Below, one piece after another: positions 1-13,289 of a DNA stretch of 64,000 bases; position 1 is the stretch's first letter; each line of letters begins with the position of its first letter. The position numbers were made by a program, and so were the translations under genes. Source of the DNA: Lama glama (lineage: Eukaryota); NCBI GenBank assembly GCA_028534125.1, contig CM052817.1:30816001-30880000 (forward strand), written 5' to 3'. The notes under the pieces are model-generated. The model was not told the DNA's origin, did no database searches, and saw only the letters and a list, made by a program, of their open reading frames with translations.

Positions 1-42
1 TTCATAGCAGCACTATATACAATAGCCAAGACATGGAAGCAA
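1..42 (+). mobile_element. L1 fragment (ORF2 C-terminal region) truncated by window edge
   Basis: Encodes FIAALYTIAKTWKQ-type L1 ORF2 tail; exact reverse complement of 11866-11907; ends abruptly without poly-A. Confidence 0.9.
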
Positions 43-1479
43 GAAGTCATTTTCTTAATGCTCATCTCCATGCGTTTATAATAATGACCAGTCCTTGGAA
101 CCTAAAAGTTAACAAAATCCTTCCGTTTTTCCACTGGGCACACTTCCTCCCGAGATTATTCATGGGCGGTAGGGTCACTGCAGAGCTCCTCCAGTTCTTG
201 CAGGAAAAAAGGTGGCCTTCCTTCTTTTAATCCTGTTCCTTCCTAAATAAAGTCCTAGAAGGAAATAAGACTATTTACTGCTTCTTGGAAAATTGTCTGT
301 ACCACGTCTCCACCACCACGGAGTAAAATGTCACAGCTTACAAGAAATCAGTCATATAAAGGAATGAATTAAATTTCAGCCTCAAATGTAAAGATCAACA
401 TTCAAATTTCCTGACAATATATGATATATAATATATGGACTAATTCGTATATGAGTTGTATGCCCACTCTCCTTGTTATAAAGGATGGTGTGGTGAATTA
501 TTAAGCACTGTGTTAGAATCACAGAAGATTGTTCAGGATCTCATTCTTCCTGTTACCTGTGGCCCTTCAGAGGATAGGTGTCCCTACTCTCAGAAAGTAG
601 AGTGTTCCTATGAAATCTTTCATAAGCCAAAACAGCAGAAAGCAAGGAAGCAGTTACCTTAGGAGACACTGCTAATGGATGCACAAAATAAACCAAGATA
701 AAGCACAGATGCTTACAGACTCAGTTCAAAGCTATGGTGGCTGGATGCTGGAATGCTGAGTGTCGTCATTCAAAATGTCATGACAACATTAAATTGTCTT
801 CTAACAGTAGAATTTTTGACCAACATTTCCTGAATGTGCAGTTTTGCAAAGGCAAGAAATTAACTGGTGGGAGGAGTGTCTCCAAACAAATAGCACTAAA
901 GTAAACCTGGGGAGTCAGTCCTGAGCTCTCTCTTGTAATCACTGTACTTAAGTGCTCTCTCAGTGGTCCGATGGAAAGTCAATAATGGTGCCCTGAGCAC
1001 ACCAGCAGGCATACTGAGTCTCAGAACATGACCCCACATCCCTATTTGTCATTTTTATTTGGCTGAAATTAGAAAGTTTGTTTCACGGAGGAAACTTGTA
1101 CCTGAAAAAATTCCCCAACAATTCAGGGGATCTAGTAACAAGAAACATGTTTCAGTAACAAGAAATGTCAGTGAAAATGGTCTAGGCATTTTGGAGGTCT
1201 CATGAAATTATGTATATTTCTAACCAAGTTACTTTTCTGAATCTTTAAGGGATCTCACCTATCCCGTTATGTGCAGACAATAACCATGGAACTCAGAAAT
1301 TATCTATCATGGAAAAATAACTTAAACATAGCATCCTATTAAGCAATAATATCTTCAACTAAAGAGACAATATTAATTCCATTGCATTATTTATAGCAGG
1401 TTTCCTCATTAGAGAGACTCTTTGGCATTGTTGTTGATTAGCTCTTAGAGATGCTTTGTCCAAATGGTGATATCATAGA

Positions 1480-1900
1480 AGCTAACAATTGAATAAAATG
1501 CTAGACTTTACTGAGTGCTTGCTATATGCCAGACACTATAAAAAATTTGCATGGATTGTCTTATTGCATTCTCACAAAAATCTCTTCGAGGTAAACTAAT
1601 ATTCTTATGTTAAACGAGGAAATAAAGGCCGGAGGGTGGTTAAATAACTTTCAAAAGGCTGTACACATAATAAATACTGGAAGCATTATTATGAAGTAGG
1701 AACTGTGGTTTTAATGCTTTCAGCACCATATTCAGCCTCTGTACTGAATAAATTCCCTAACCTCCTAAGCACACTTACTTGCAGGTTACGTATGATCCTC
1801 ATAACAGTCTAGTTTGTAGATAAGCAAGTTTATGTCAATTGGTGTTAAGGTCACACAGGTTGCCAGTGGCAAAAATGGACCCAAGTCCACCTTTCACTTC
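1480..1900 (-). mobile_element. MIR fragments
   Basis: MIR-like motifs (tttactgagtgcttgctatatgccagacact; taaggtcacacag); boundaries approximate. Confidence 0.6.
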
Positions 1901-2049
1901 AAGTCGCTCAAAATTATTAAGAAATGAAACCACCTAAATTCATACTGGGAAATAAATGCTTCTTTTCGTGGACTCACTGCATATCCACATTAAGGATGAC
2001 AATAAATTAAGTATATTCTGAATAAATCCTACTGCATTTGTCACCTACA

Positions 2050-3450
2050 CTGTTGCTCCCTCTCTAGTTGGAACCACCATCGTTTCTTGCCTGAACAAGG
2101 CTGCCACCATTGCTTTATAGACATAGTGCTTTAAGGCCACAGACCTCTGAGAAACTGGTATAAGAAATGAAATTTGCCCTCCATGAAAATAAGTATTCAT
2201 GCATTTTCAAACATAGAGGCATGTACACATGATATTTTGTGGACCTTCCCTAATGGAGACTCCTCTGCTAAGTTTTAGTCCCTCCTACACAGTCTATTCT
2301 TTGCACGGCAGCCATGATGATGCTTGAAACAGAAGTTAAGTCATGTCACTTGTACTAAAAACCCTCCAATGATTTCTCATCTCATCAGAAAAGAATCCAA
2401 AATGAGGCACCACACTGTTTGATTACTATAGCTTTGTAGTATAGTCTGAAGTCAAGGACCATGATTCCTCCAGCTCCATTCTTCTTTCTCAAGATTGTTT
2501 TGACTTTTAGGGATCTTTTGTGTTTAAGAATGAAATAATGCCATTTGCAGCCAAATGGATTGACCTAGATATTATCATACTAAGTGAAGTATGTCAGACA
2601 GAGAAAGGCAAATACCATACGCTATCACTTATATATGGAATGTAAAAAAAAAATACAAATTTGATTTACAATCCAGAAATACACTCACAGACATAGAAAA
2701 CAAGCTATGGTTATCAAAAGGAAAGATGGAGGAAGGATAAATTAAGAGTTTGGGATTAACAGATATACACTACTATATATAAAGTAGATAAACAATAAGG
2801 ACCTACTGTATAGCACAGGGTACTATATTCAATTTCTTGTAATAAGCTATAATGGAAAGGAATCCGAAAATATATGTGTATATATGTATGCATATGCATA
2901 ACTGAAATGCTTTGCTGTACATCTGAAACCAACATTGTAAATCAACTACATTTCAATAAAAAATAAAATAAATTCATTAAATTAATTAATTATTTTAAAA
3001 CAAAAGATCAAAATGAGGCACCACATAATCTGGCCCCAGGCTTCCTCATTTCCCAGCCCTTCCCTTCAATCACTTCACTCTAGTCACAGTGGCCTTCATG
3101 CTCATATACACCAAGCTGACTCCTGCCTGGGGCCTGATTCCTAGAAGCCCTTCTGCCTAAAGGACTTTTTCCTCCAGAAATCCACAAAGCTGGCTCTTTC
3201 ACCCAGATCCCACTGTCCATCTGATCACAGAGGCCTTTTGTCACTCTCCACTTGTCTTGATTTGTTTTCTGTCTTAGCAATTACAGTCATTTTTCAAATC
3301 ACATACTTGTTTGTACTTTGATGTCTGTCTCCAAACACCAGATTATCAGTTTCCTGAGTACACGAACTTTACTTTGTCTCCTGCTCTAATCCCAATGACT
3401 AGGTCGTGGTGGTCTATGGTAAGCTTATAGCAGTATTTGTCGGACGAAAG
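2050..3450 (+). mobile_element. L2 3' region interrupted by L1 (2415-3008)
   Basis: L2-like motifs (tcatgtcact...aaaaccctccaatg; aatctggcccc; tgtctgtctcc) continue on both sides of the L1; boundaries approximate. Confidence 0.7.
2415..3008 (+). mobile_element. 5'-inverted (twin-primed) truncated L1
   Basis: Antisense ORF2 piece ~2415-2524 joined to sense 3' end with aataaa and A-rich tail; 17-bp perfect direct repeat caaaatgaggcaccaca at 2398-2414 and 3009-3025. Confidence 0.9.
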
Positions 3451-4179
3451 CACGCACTAGATAAAAAATAAGTAAACAGGACACAAAATATAAATCTAAA
3501 TGAGTGAAGATCCCAGCCAAGTTAACCACATTAAAAAAAAAAAACTAACATATATTTGTCTTCAAAGCTAGTTCAGAGTTAGTTCACAAACCACTTGATG
3601 ATATTGATTTCATTATTTTAGAATCACTTTAAGGTGGGGTTTTTTTTAATGCAAGGTGGTATTTTTTTGAATTGATAACCCATTTATTCACCAGGTGTGT
3701 TTCTGGTTGATTTTTCACCCCAAAATCTAACTGACCTTCAAAAGGGAAAATTGTATTTTGGGTGCCAACTTAACCAATGTTGTGCTTGTCGGACTGTGAT
3801 CAATAGTCCTCTCTGAAAATTCTTATATCAACAAATACTGTTACTCCTGGAGCTCACCGTTTGTCAGAAATCCAATATACTTTAGAAGGAAAATCAAGAA
3901 ACCATTCCCCCTGCTCCCTCTACTGTGTTGTGTGACATTGAAGATTGGTCCGAAAGAGTCTTTAAAGGGTCTAAAAGTATATTATTGAGCCCAGATAGAC
4001 TTCATTAAATAATAACATTTCATCAATTAACATGTACCCAAATAAAACAGTTAAATTTCCTGTGCTGAGGTCAGTATGTAACTTCTTCACTTACATAAAT
4101 TCAATTTGCTTTGTGATTGGGAGTTACAGTAAGTGTATCGATCCACGTCAGGCAAATATCTAACGTAGTTAATCCCTGG

Positions 4180-4600
4180 TTATCCATTCAACAAACTTAC
4201 ATGGAGCACCAGCTGTGTGCCAGCAGCATTACCAGTTGCTAGAGATACAAAATTGAGTAATACATATTTTTTAGAGAATAAGAGAATCTTGGAAAGAAAT
4301 AACTCTAGTGCAATGTACAAAGTATCCTGGGAATGGAAATGTACCAAATGGACTAGGACCACAAAGGAACAAGAGCCCAAGTCTTCCAAGGAAAATGAAG
4401 AAGAACATAGAGATTTTTCCAAGAAGGTGATATTTGAGCTCAATTTTGAGGGATGCTGAAAAGCTTGCCAAAAAGAGAAGAGGTCATGGGAAGGAAATAG
4501 CTGTCAGGGCAGTCAGCGGAAGTACCTGGATAGACTTGGAGTGGATGGAGAATACATTGAATGCATTAAGTGCAGGAGTCAAGCCTGGGAGGATAAGTGG
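4180..4600 (-). mobile_element. L2 fragment
   Basis: L2 3' tail (atccattcaacaaac...gagcacc...tgtgcca) and gaaggtgatatttgagct motif; approximate. Confidence 0.6.
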
Positions 4601-5187
4601 GGTCCTTATATACAGTGTTGTGGCAGTGTGAGCCGTCTAAGTGCAGGAAATGATCTAATGCCTGCTTCAGAATTATTTTTGAACAAGGCCCTTTCTGGGA
4701 GCAGCCTAGATCACGGCGTATAGGAAGGCTAAGTTTGTGTTGGAGTTTTAGTAGCTGACTTGCATGCTGAAGCAAGTCAGCTGAAGGAACTAGGCATTTT
4801 TATCCACAGACTCAACAGTCTGCCTCCCACACCACATTTGATTATGAGTTCCTAAAGTTTGAGTACCTGATCTGATTCATCTTTCTTTCCCCAAATCCTG
4901 GCACAGAGGAGCTGTAGGTGCTTAATAAATAAATTTTTAGTTGAATCAGACTGTTGCTTTTTTAATGCAGTGAGTTTCCAGGCTGTGTTGTACCACACAC
5001 TCTAATATAAAGGTGGAGTATCTTTAAGCACTTCACTGGTGTCCAGCAGCCTATCTTTGGCAAGAAGCTGCTGCACTGGCATTCAGGATTCAGGATAATT
5101 GTATTGGAAAATGCAAGAAAGCACTTAGCCACCTTGATCTGCTCTCCCTCCTCATCAGAACAAATGGTTCAATTAGAAGCAACTTTG

Positions 5188-5297
5188 GGTCACGGGGTGG
5201 GTGGGGGAGGTAGAGTAGAGCTCAGTTGTAGAGTACATGCTTAGCATGCATAAGGTCCTGGGTTCAATCTCCAGCATCTCCATTAAAAAAAAAAAAA
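5188..5297 (+). mobile_element. tRNA-derived SINE (camelid Vic-type)
   Basis: A-box-like agctcagttgtaga, B-box ggttcaatctc, A13 tail; TSD aagcaactttg (5177-5187) / aagcgactttg (5296-5306). Confidence 0.9.
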
Positions 5298-5950
5298 GCG
5301 ACTTTGATTTCCTATTTGATCTGACGCCCTTAATCTTTTACCTTTACTAGGCTCAGGGAATAGAATAGTATGACGATACCTGAGAAATTTTCTCCAAAAA
5401 GGCAGATGAAGCCATCATTAGGAAAATTGAGTTAATAAAATAATTGTATGTGTCATATGGTACATTTTCCAGCCGCTTACTCAGCAGCTGAGGTGCAAGT
5501 ACTGCTCACTCATTCTCTGCTAACTTTATTCAACCCTATCTAAATTAGTTAAATTGATAGTTAATTTTTAATTGACTTGGCAGACAAAAGAAATTTAACT
5601 ATCATGTATTGTGCACATACCGTAAACCAACATACAGTGTGTGCTAATAGCTTTATACATGTTATCTTTTTTAATCTTTCCAACGAACTTGATCATTGTC
5701 AACACCTGCACATTGTTCTACAATATGTGTTTTTGAAAGCCTTCACAACCATTTTCAAAAGCTTTTAAAGCCCCTGACTTCAAAGCATAGTGAATATACT
5801 CTATTGAGAACAAAAGAGAGAAGATACGAAGCTAAAATCTGGAAAGATTAAATGGGACGAGACGACATAGGTAGTAAGTGGCTAGGATTTAAACCTCAGC
5901 CAGTCTAACCGTCAATCCCCCTGGTTCTCAAAGTTTACTGCTTTCGTCCA

Positions 5951-6300
5951 TTTTATTGAGATATAATTGACACAGAACATTATATTAGTTTAAGGTATAC
6001 ATAATAATTTGATATATGTATATATTATAAAATGATTACCACAATTACTTAATATCCATCACCTCATATCGTTACAATTTTTTTCCTGTGATGAGAACTT
6101 TTAAGATCTACTCTCTTAGCAAGCTTCAAATATACAATACAGTATAATTAACTATAGTAACAATGCCATACACAATATCCTCAGGACTTATTCATTTTAT
6201 AAGTGGGAGTTCGTGCCTTTTGACCACCTTCAGCTCTACCCTCCAACCCCTGCCTCTGGCAACCATCAGTCTGTTCTCTGTTTCTATGAGTTTGGCTTTT
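5951..6300 (-). mobile_element. Older L1 3' end (L1MA9-like) splitting a MER5-type hAT element (~5920-5945 and ~6300-6420)
   Basis: ttttattgagatataattgac...gatctactctcttagc...ctctggcaaccatcagtctgttctctg; MER5-like ggtggggcctgagattc downstream. Confidence 0.75.
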
Positions 6301-6721
6301 GTGCATTTGAATCACTTCAGATCTTGTGAAAATACATATTTTGATTCAGTAGTGCTATGTACCTAAGGTGGGGCCTGAGATTCCAGGAACTACATCTTGA
6401 GTATAAATAATAAACCACTGTGTTTCCAAACCACTACACTGGAGTGTGAGCATAAAGTTCAGTCTGTGCCAATGATTGTAACGGATGTTTGACTGTTAGC
6501 CCTGCAGGTTCTGAACCAGGTCTAACTCATACATGAAAATTTTCCTTGGCCTGACGGTGTACATTTTATTTCCTGAATGTTCAGATTTTTAAAACAAAAT
6601 TCAGATCTTTTTGAAGCATTAAACCCTCATATTTATGGTCCACTTCATATTCCTCCCCTCTCCTGGAAGGAAATTGTCCACCTAGAAGACAAGTAAGGGA
6701 ATTAAAGAAAAGCTGATTAGA

Positions 6722-7525
6722 CAAGCAATTCCATTGCTGGGTATATAGCCAAAGAAAACGAAAACATGAATTTCAAAAGATACATGCACCCTAATTTTCA
6801 CAGCAGCATTATTTACAATACCCAAAACATGGAAGCAACCTAAGTGTCCATCAAGAGATGAATGGATGAAAAAGGTGAGGTGTATGTATACACATACACA
6901 CACACAATGCAATATAACTCAGTCATAAGAAAAAATGAAATTCTGTCATTTGCAACAATGTGGATGGACCTAGAGAATTTGATGTTTAGATATTTTAATT
7001 TAGTTTCCTTTAGTATAGTTTAGAGTTTAGATATTTAGTGAAATAAGGCAGACAGAGAAAAACAAATACTCTATGTTACCACCTATATATGGAATCAAAA
7101 AAAAAAAAAACAAATGTATATAACAAAACAAATGGACTCACAGATATAGAAAACAAACCAGTGGGTACCAATGGGGAGGGGGGGAAGGAAGAGGTAGGGA
7201 TATGAGATTAAGAGATTAAAAACTACTATGTATAAAATAGATAAGCAAAAAGGATATATTGTATTGCACAAGGAAATAAAGCCTTTTTCTGAGTAAAGAT
7301 GGATTTATTTAGAGATACATACTACATAGAGTGTAGGCTGTTTCAAAAGGCAAGAGAAAGGCTATGAGGTGTGGGGTTTGGGTGCTCAGGTTAAAGAGCC
7401 ATTGTTTTCCAATAAATTTAAAGGAAGTATAGTCTATAAAAATATTTACTCACTATGGTATATACATGAAACTAATATAATATTGTGAATCAACTATATT
7501 TTAATTTTAAAAACAAACAAAAAAA
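6722..7525 (+). mobile_element. 5'-truncated L1 3' end with internal insertions
   Basis: ORF2 C-terminal and 3'UTR motifs, A-rich tail; TSD aaaagctgattaga (6708-6721) / aaaagatgatcaga (7522-7535). Confidence 0.9.
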
Positions 7526-9279
7526 GATGATCAGAGAGTCAGAGAACCAACAGAGGGCTATGTCACTAAACTGACATTAACAAGACTTAACAAGGACAAG
7601 GAAGATAAATGCTCCCCCAGATTTTCTTCTTGCAGTTGGTCCAAACTGCTTAGCTCTTCCACACCTCAGGGCCCTTTTTCCTGTTCCGTTTCTGGGATAC
7701 CACTTTCCCCGCATCACTCAGTGGATTTCATCTTTCAGTTTTCAGCTCAAATGTCACTCCCTCAGAAATAATCATCTTACCTAAAATAGATTCCCCACTT
7801 TTATTTTGCCCTTCAAACTATCTCATAACCCCCATGAGTGCCAGAGCTTACTTTTTCCTTATACACCAATTTCAGTCACTGTCAGTGATTAGAGAAACAC
7901 ATGGTTCACGGTGCAGAGCCATACATTATAAATATTTGCTAAATGCCTAAATGAAAACCAAGCAGAATGAGACTCAAAAGAATATCAATGGATTTGATAA
8001 TTAGTAAGTTATTAACACCCTTAGATGAGAATGTTTTCAGTCAGGTAGTGGAAGTGAAAGAATACTTTGAAGGAAATTAAGTCTAGTCTTTTAAGGAGAC
8101 TGGCCATGACAGGAAAAAAAAAAAAGTTAGGAAAGAGCCAGGAAGCAGAGGAGTTGGAGGCTTATGTTAGGGTATTACATATTTGAATGTTTCGGTGAAA
8201 AAAAGAGAAAGGATCACTGTCCTGAGCGAAGCTAAAAATGCAACAGACAAACTAGTTTAACTATCAAATTAATAGCAAAGCTTAAGTTCAGGAATTTAAA
8301 TGAATACCCAAACCAAAAATGCAAGGAGATCTCCAATCACATAGAGAGAATGCTGATTCACAACTGAAAAATCACAAAGTGTGACATATAGTTATTTACA
8401 GACTTTAAGCATATAAATTAGTCATTCAATGAACCTATCCTATTACCAAGCTGTAATCCACATTCTTTTTGTTGTTGTTGTACTCAGATCCTTTTTTTTT
8501 TTCCTTTTCTTTTTAAGGCTCAAGCATTAACACACCAGAATCATAAGAGGTAATTTTATGTTTGAGAGACGTTCTTAAAAGAGAGACACTGGGTCCTTGT
8601 GTCTTTAATACCTATTTCCCTGACAGCCTGATGGGAAATGGTGTGAAAACCAAAATTTGTCTGCACTAAGGAGTGTAGTATTTGTACTGATGATTATTCC
8701 TCTATATGAGCTCTTGAAAGTTACTGCAACCATTTTCAAGGCGTTTGAATCACCTGAATTCCAAGTAGAGTGAATATATTCTTTCGTGAAAAAGAGGAAA
8801 AGCAATTTAGTCCTACTCAAATTTGAACAGAGTAGAAAAAATTTAAAAGAAGATTTCAAAATGCATAATTTAATTACTAGTCATTATATATTTATATATT
8901 TTTTCTTTATTATATCATTAATTGTTTAAGATGTTCATACTACTTGTTTCCAAAAAGATTTCAGGTGGCTTCTCAATTAAAATAAATTTAAATGCTTACA
9001 AAGTAAAGCAAAACAAATTCCATCTTGAAATAACATTTTTAAAGATATATGGCAGTTTTGAATTACTTATTTATAATTAAAAGTGTTATGTTTCTCCTTC
9101 CATGTAAATTATAAACACCTTGGAATAAAAGATTATACTCTCCAATTATGCATGTGGTCCCACAAAGAAAATTCTGCAATATATTCATTTTATTGTATTT
9201 TTTTAAAATCACAATTGAGGAATGTGAAATTAATAATGGATTTAATAGTCAGAAGACCACATCAATATTAACTATAGCT

Positions 9280-9740
9280 AAACTTTATGGAATGAAGTTC
9301 TAAGGTACTGTTCTGACTTATTTGTATTTACAGATAAGAAAAAAGAGATTAAAAACAGTTAAATAATCTCACATTTACATGACTAAGAAATAGAGAAGCT
9401 AGAAATTCAAAACGAGGTGCTCAAGCTTCAGAGCCCAATGACTAACCATTTAGGAAGGAAGTCTGAAATCCACATGGAGCCAACATTGCATAAAGAAACA
9501 TAAGTTCTTAATTCTCCTCAAAGCTCTCTGAGACACGTGGTGTTATCCCGCTTTACAAATGGAGAAATTGGGACTTAGAGCCTGGTACCATACAATCTGT
9601 GAGTATTGACAATTTACTTAATCTCTCTAAGGCTCAATTTCCTCATTTGTAAAATGGGTTAATATCAAGTAACTCCTAAAATTTGGTGGGACAATTAAAA
9701 GAAAGCACATATGTAAAGTGCTTAGTAGGTAACAGATCAT
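9280..9740. mobile_element. MIR fragments in both orientations
   Basis: ttacaaatggagaaattggg and ctcaatttcctcatttgtaaaatggg cores. Confidence 0.7.
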
Positions 9741-9759
9741 CCACACGTAACATTTTATT

Positions 9760-10085
9760 GGAGGTGCTATCTAAACGCCTCCCCAGGAATGTCTTTCTGA
9801 AGGACCTGGGAGCCATCTCTTTGAAATGTAATCACCAAGAAAGATAAGGATCCTGTCTCCCAGTCTCTATGGGAGGATAAGAGCCAAACTTTCATAAGTG
9901 CCAATTAGAAAACACAGATGGCCTAAGCACATTGAACAACCTCCCCAAAAAGCTCTTCTAGTACTTTTCCACCAATTCACCACAGGGCTTTAAAAATCTC
10001 CCGCATTTTCTTCCAGTGGAGTACATTCAACCTCTCTCCCTGTTGCAAAAGTCTTCAATAAATCTTCCTTGCCTGTTTAAAATCA
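9760..10085 (+). mobile_element. ERV1-class LTR fragment (MER31-like)
   Basis: gaaggacctgggagccatctctttgaaatgtaatca; TATA-like ctttaaaa; caataaatcttccttgcc. Confidence 0.65.
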
Positions 10086-10194
10086 GTCAGTCAACCTAAG
10101 TGTTTTCTGTAATGGAGTAACAGTCTACCTAAAGCATTTGGTCTAAATCTACTTTTATCAGTATAACAACTTTGTGCAAACGAGATACAGAAGC

Positions 10195-10203
10195 ATATAT
10201 GTA

Positions 10204-10234
<31 letters not shown>

Positions 10235-10318
10235 GTATGTGTATATATATATACACATATATGCTTACTATATATATATAACATATATATAACATATATA
10301 ACTATATATATATAACAT
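10195..10318. repeat. Compound (TA)n/(TG)n microsatellite with degenerate (TATATAACA) units
   Basis: Read directly. Confidence 0.95.
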
Positions 10319-10737
10319 AGTAGGCTTAAATTAAATTATTGCCCTATTCCACAATTCTTCATCGTAGAGTTGAGATTTTCATCATTTGACAACAACAAGG
10401 CAAGATTATGTAAAATGTGATTGATACCTGAGTGCCATTTTTATGGCCAAGAAAAGGTCAGTAGCTCCTTTTTATCATCTAAATTCCATGCAAGATGCAT
10501 TATTTCAGACACAATATTCAAGAATGAGATACAACAGATGATTATTTTGAAAATGACAGCATTAAACTACACTTGGCCTCTCTTTAAATTTTTACCAGTT
10601 TCATTAATTATAAAGTGACTTATGCTTTGACTCTGGTGCTCTCCTCTCAAGCTCATTAATATACTGCTTTTATTTCTTATAAAACTCATGTCAAACTGAT
10701 TAAACCAGGACATAAGTTCAACAGTGCGGAATAGAAT

Positions 10738-10745
10738 TGACGTCA
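10738..10745. promoter_or_regulatory. Full palindromic CRE motif TGACGTCA
   Basis: Exact motif with intact CpG in apparently unique sequence, CAGATG E-box at 10752-10757; function unproven. Confidence 0.35.
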
Positions 10746-11327
10746 TTTTGTCAGATGGTCTCCTTGCCTGGAATCAGAAAACAGCCTGAGCCATGCGTTC
10801 CAAATTTGGGATGTGTTTCTTTTGCCAGCCTAAGGACCACACAATAATATACATACCCTTTTTAACAAGCTTACATTTTTTTCATTGGCTAAAATCTGTT
10901 TAGAATAAGTACATGTTTTTGCCAGACTTCTTGTTTTGCCTTTCCCATCTGCCATTTCTGTTATTAAAAATGAGTGAAAATACATAAAGCTATCACTTGT
11001 GTTTATTTTATCTCTTCTTTTCATTCCAGAAATGTTTTATTAAACTTCCATTTTCCTTTTGCTTGCTTTATTTTAATAATACACTGAGGGTTCTAAGTTC
11101 TTATGGCAAATACTGTTTTTTCCCATGATGAGTCATCAGGTGGGTGTTATTCAAACCAGCACATCAATGTTCAAAAGTTACAATAGAATTATATTCTTAA
11201 ACATTTAATAAGATATTTTATTGAAGATCTTCTCAATGAGGACATTTCCAAGAGTTTCTGAAGGACTCAATGAATATTCCAAAGAGAGAAGATTTGGTAG
11301 AAGTGAGAACTTGACTTATGATTCTTT

Positions 11328-11924
11328 TTCTTTTTTTTTTTTAATTAAGAAGTACAGTCAATTACAATGTGTCAATTTCTGAATTTCTGATGTACAGCAC
11401 AATGTCCCAGTCTTGCATATACATATATATGTTCATTTTCATATTTTTCCATTAAAGGTTATTACAAGATATGGAGCATAGTTCCCTATGCTATACAAAA
11501 GAAACTTTTAAAAAATCTATTTTTATACATAGTGGCTAATATTTATAAATATCAAACTCCCACATTTATCCCCTCCCCCCCTTTCCCTGGTAACCATAAG
11601 ATTGTTAGCTAAGTCTGAGAGTCAGTTTCTGTTTAGTAGATGAGTTCATAGTGTCTTATTTTTTTTTTTTTAGATTCCACACATGAATGATATAAAGTAT
11701 TTTTCTTTCTCTTTCTGGCTTACTTCACTTAGAATGACAATCTCTATTGTCCATCCATATTGCTCCAAATGGCGTTATTTTACTGTTTTTTATGGCTGAG
11801 TAGTATTCCATTGTATAAATATACTACAGTTTCTTCATCCAGTCATCTGTTGATGGACATTTAGATTGCTTCCATGTCTTGGCTATTGTATATAGTGCTG
11901 CTATGAACATTAGGGTGCATGTAT
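11328..11924 (-). mobile_element. 5'-truncated L1 3' end
   Basis: Poly-T start; ORF 11824-12009(-) contains ORF2 tail DTCTLMFIAALYTIAKTWKQSKCPSTDDWMKKL; TSD cttgacttatgattcttt (11310-11327) / cttgacctataattcttt (11925-11942). Confidence 0.92.
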
Positions 11925-13289
11925 CTTGACCTATAATTCTTTGAGATGTGGTACCCTTAGCATTTAAGGATAGTGATCCTTGAACAGACATGGACACAGG
12001 CAAACACATTGTAGAGCCATTCTTAGTTTCTCTTTTTTCACTCCCACTTGAATGTGAGTTCCTTGAAGGCAGTGTTCACAATTCCTTCTTGCTTATAGCC
12101 CTTATGTGCTTCACCCAGACTCTCAGTGTGTACTTTCTGAGTTACAAACAAGAAACTGAGGCACAGTGAGATTTAAGTAACTTATGTGGGGGAGCAAATT
12201 AGAGTTTGTTAGAACAAACCTTATGACTTTGTCCAGGCTCCTCTAAAAACCTGCAGTAAAAGCTAGACATCTTCGGGAGGTGGCCAGACATCACTGAGAA
12301 ATGCTAGAATTCTCTGAGGCATCTAGCATTACCAAATGTGGAAAAATTATGTGTTGTATTCTACATACTTGTTTTGCTGCAAAGCCTAGGACTTCCTGTA
12401 TGTATTTTTAATCTCTGGTTGGTTTTGCATCATTTGACTGGATTTGTTCGTCGGATTTTATACTTTCTGGATTACTCCATTTTATTAACTGCATTTTCCG
12501 GGCTCTGATCCCTCCCACTCTGCCCCCAATTCATTAATGGCAATGTGACACAATAAATAAGCCCCATCTGCTGGCCCATTTTTGTTAACCTAATGGAGTG
12601 GCTCATTAGAACTGTTGGTTTTTCCTTAATATTCACAACTGAATCTGATGAAGGCAAATAGTGCTAAACTGTCCTTTTCCCTAGGCTGACTCAGTAGTGC
12701 TGCTGTTGTGTTACAGGCTCTGGGCTCACAGTTCTGTCATAGTGCTTTCCAAGTTACATTATAATATGTCTGAATATAAAAGCTACGATTCCCCCACTGA
12801 AATGCATGGCTTCTTGAGGTGAAACCGTATTCTGTTTATCTTATTATTCCTAAGCCTTAGCCTAATGCCTAGCCCATCATGTATATTCAATACATGTTTG
12901 TAGAGGAAAATGAACATTTTACAATTTTGTTCATTTGCATGGCATCATTCAATATAAAAGCCTCCTCTAATCTTATGAATGCTTATGAAGCATTTCATTT
13001 GTATAAATACTTGTGTTTTTTTTTCCATTCAGAGTATGTTATTCAGTGTTCCTGTCTGTACCCTCAAGTTTAAATTTTGTAAAAGCGTATCTTTCCCTAT
13101 ATAAAATGTCATCATATATAAACTTTAATCACAGCACACCTCAACTCTGCTTTCTTACCTCTTCCCAGACTCTCATTCAGATAAATCTGGATACCACGAG
13201 AAGGCATAAAGAGATGGTATCTTGGGATTAGAAAGATTGCCTGGCAGGGGGAGGTTCAAGGAAGTAGTCCATAAACTGATATCCTTCCT

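Noticed and set aside
1134..1165. Direct repeat agtaacaagaaa x2 overlapping the palindrome gaaacatgtttc
   Set aside because: Only two units; ordinary micro-duplication, not an array
1719..1739. RE1-like TTCAGCACCATATTCAGCCTC
   Set aside because: Right half lacks the GGACAG core and lies at a MIR edge
5205..5280. tRNA gene-like A/B boxes (also near 20430-20480 and 59055-59115)
   Set aside because: They have A-rich tails and TSDs, so they are SINEs rather than tRNA genes
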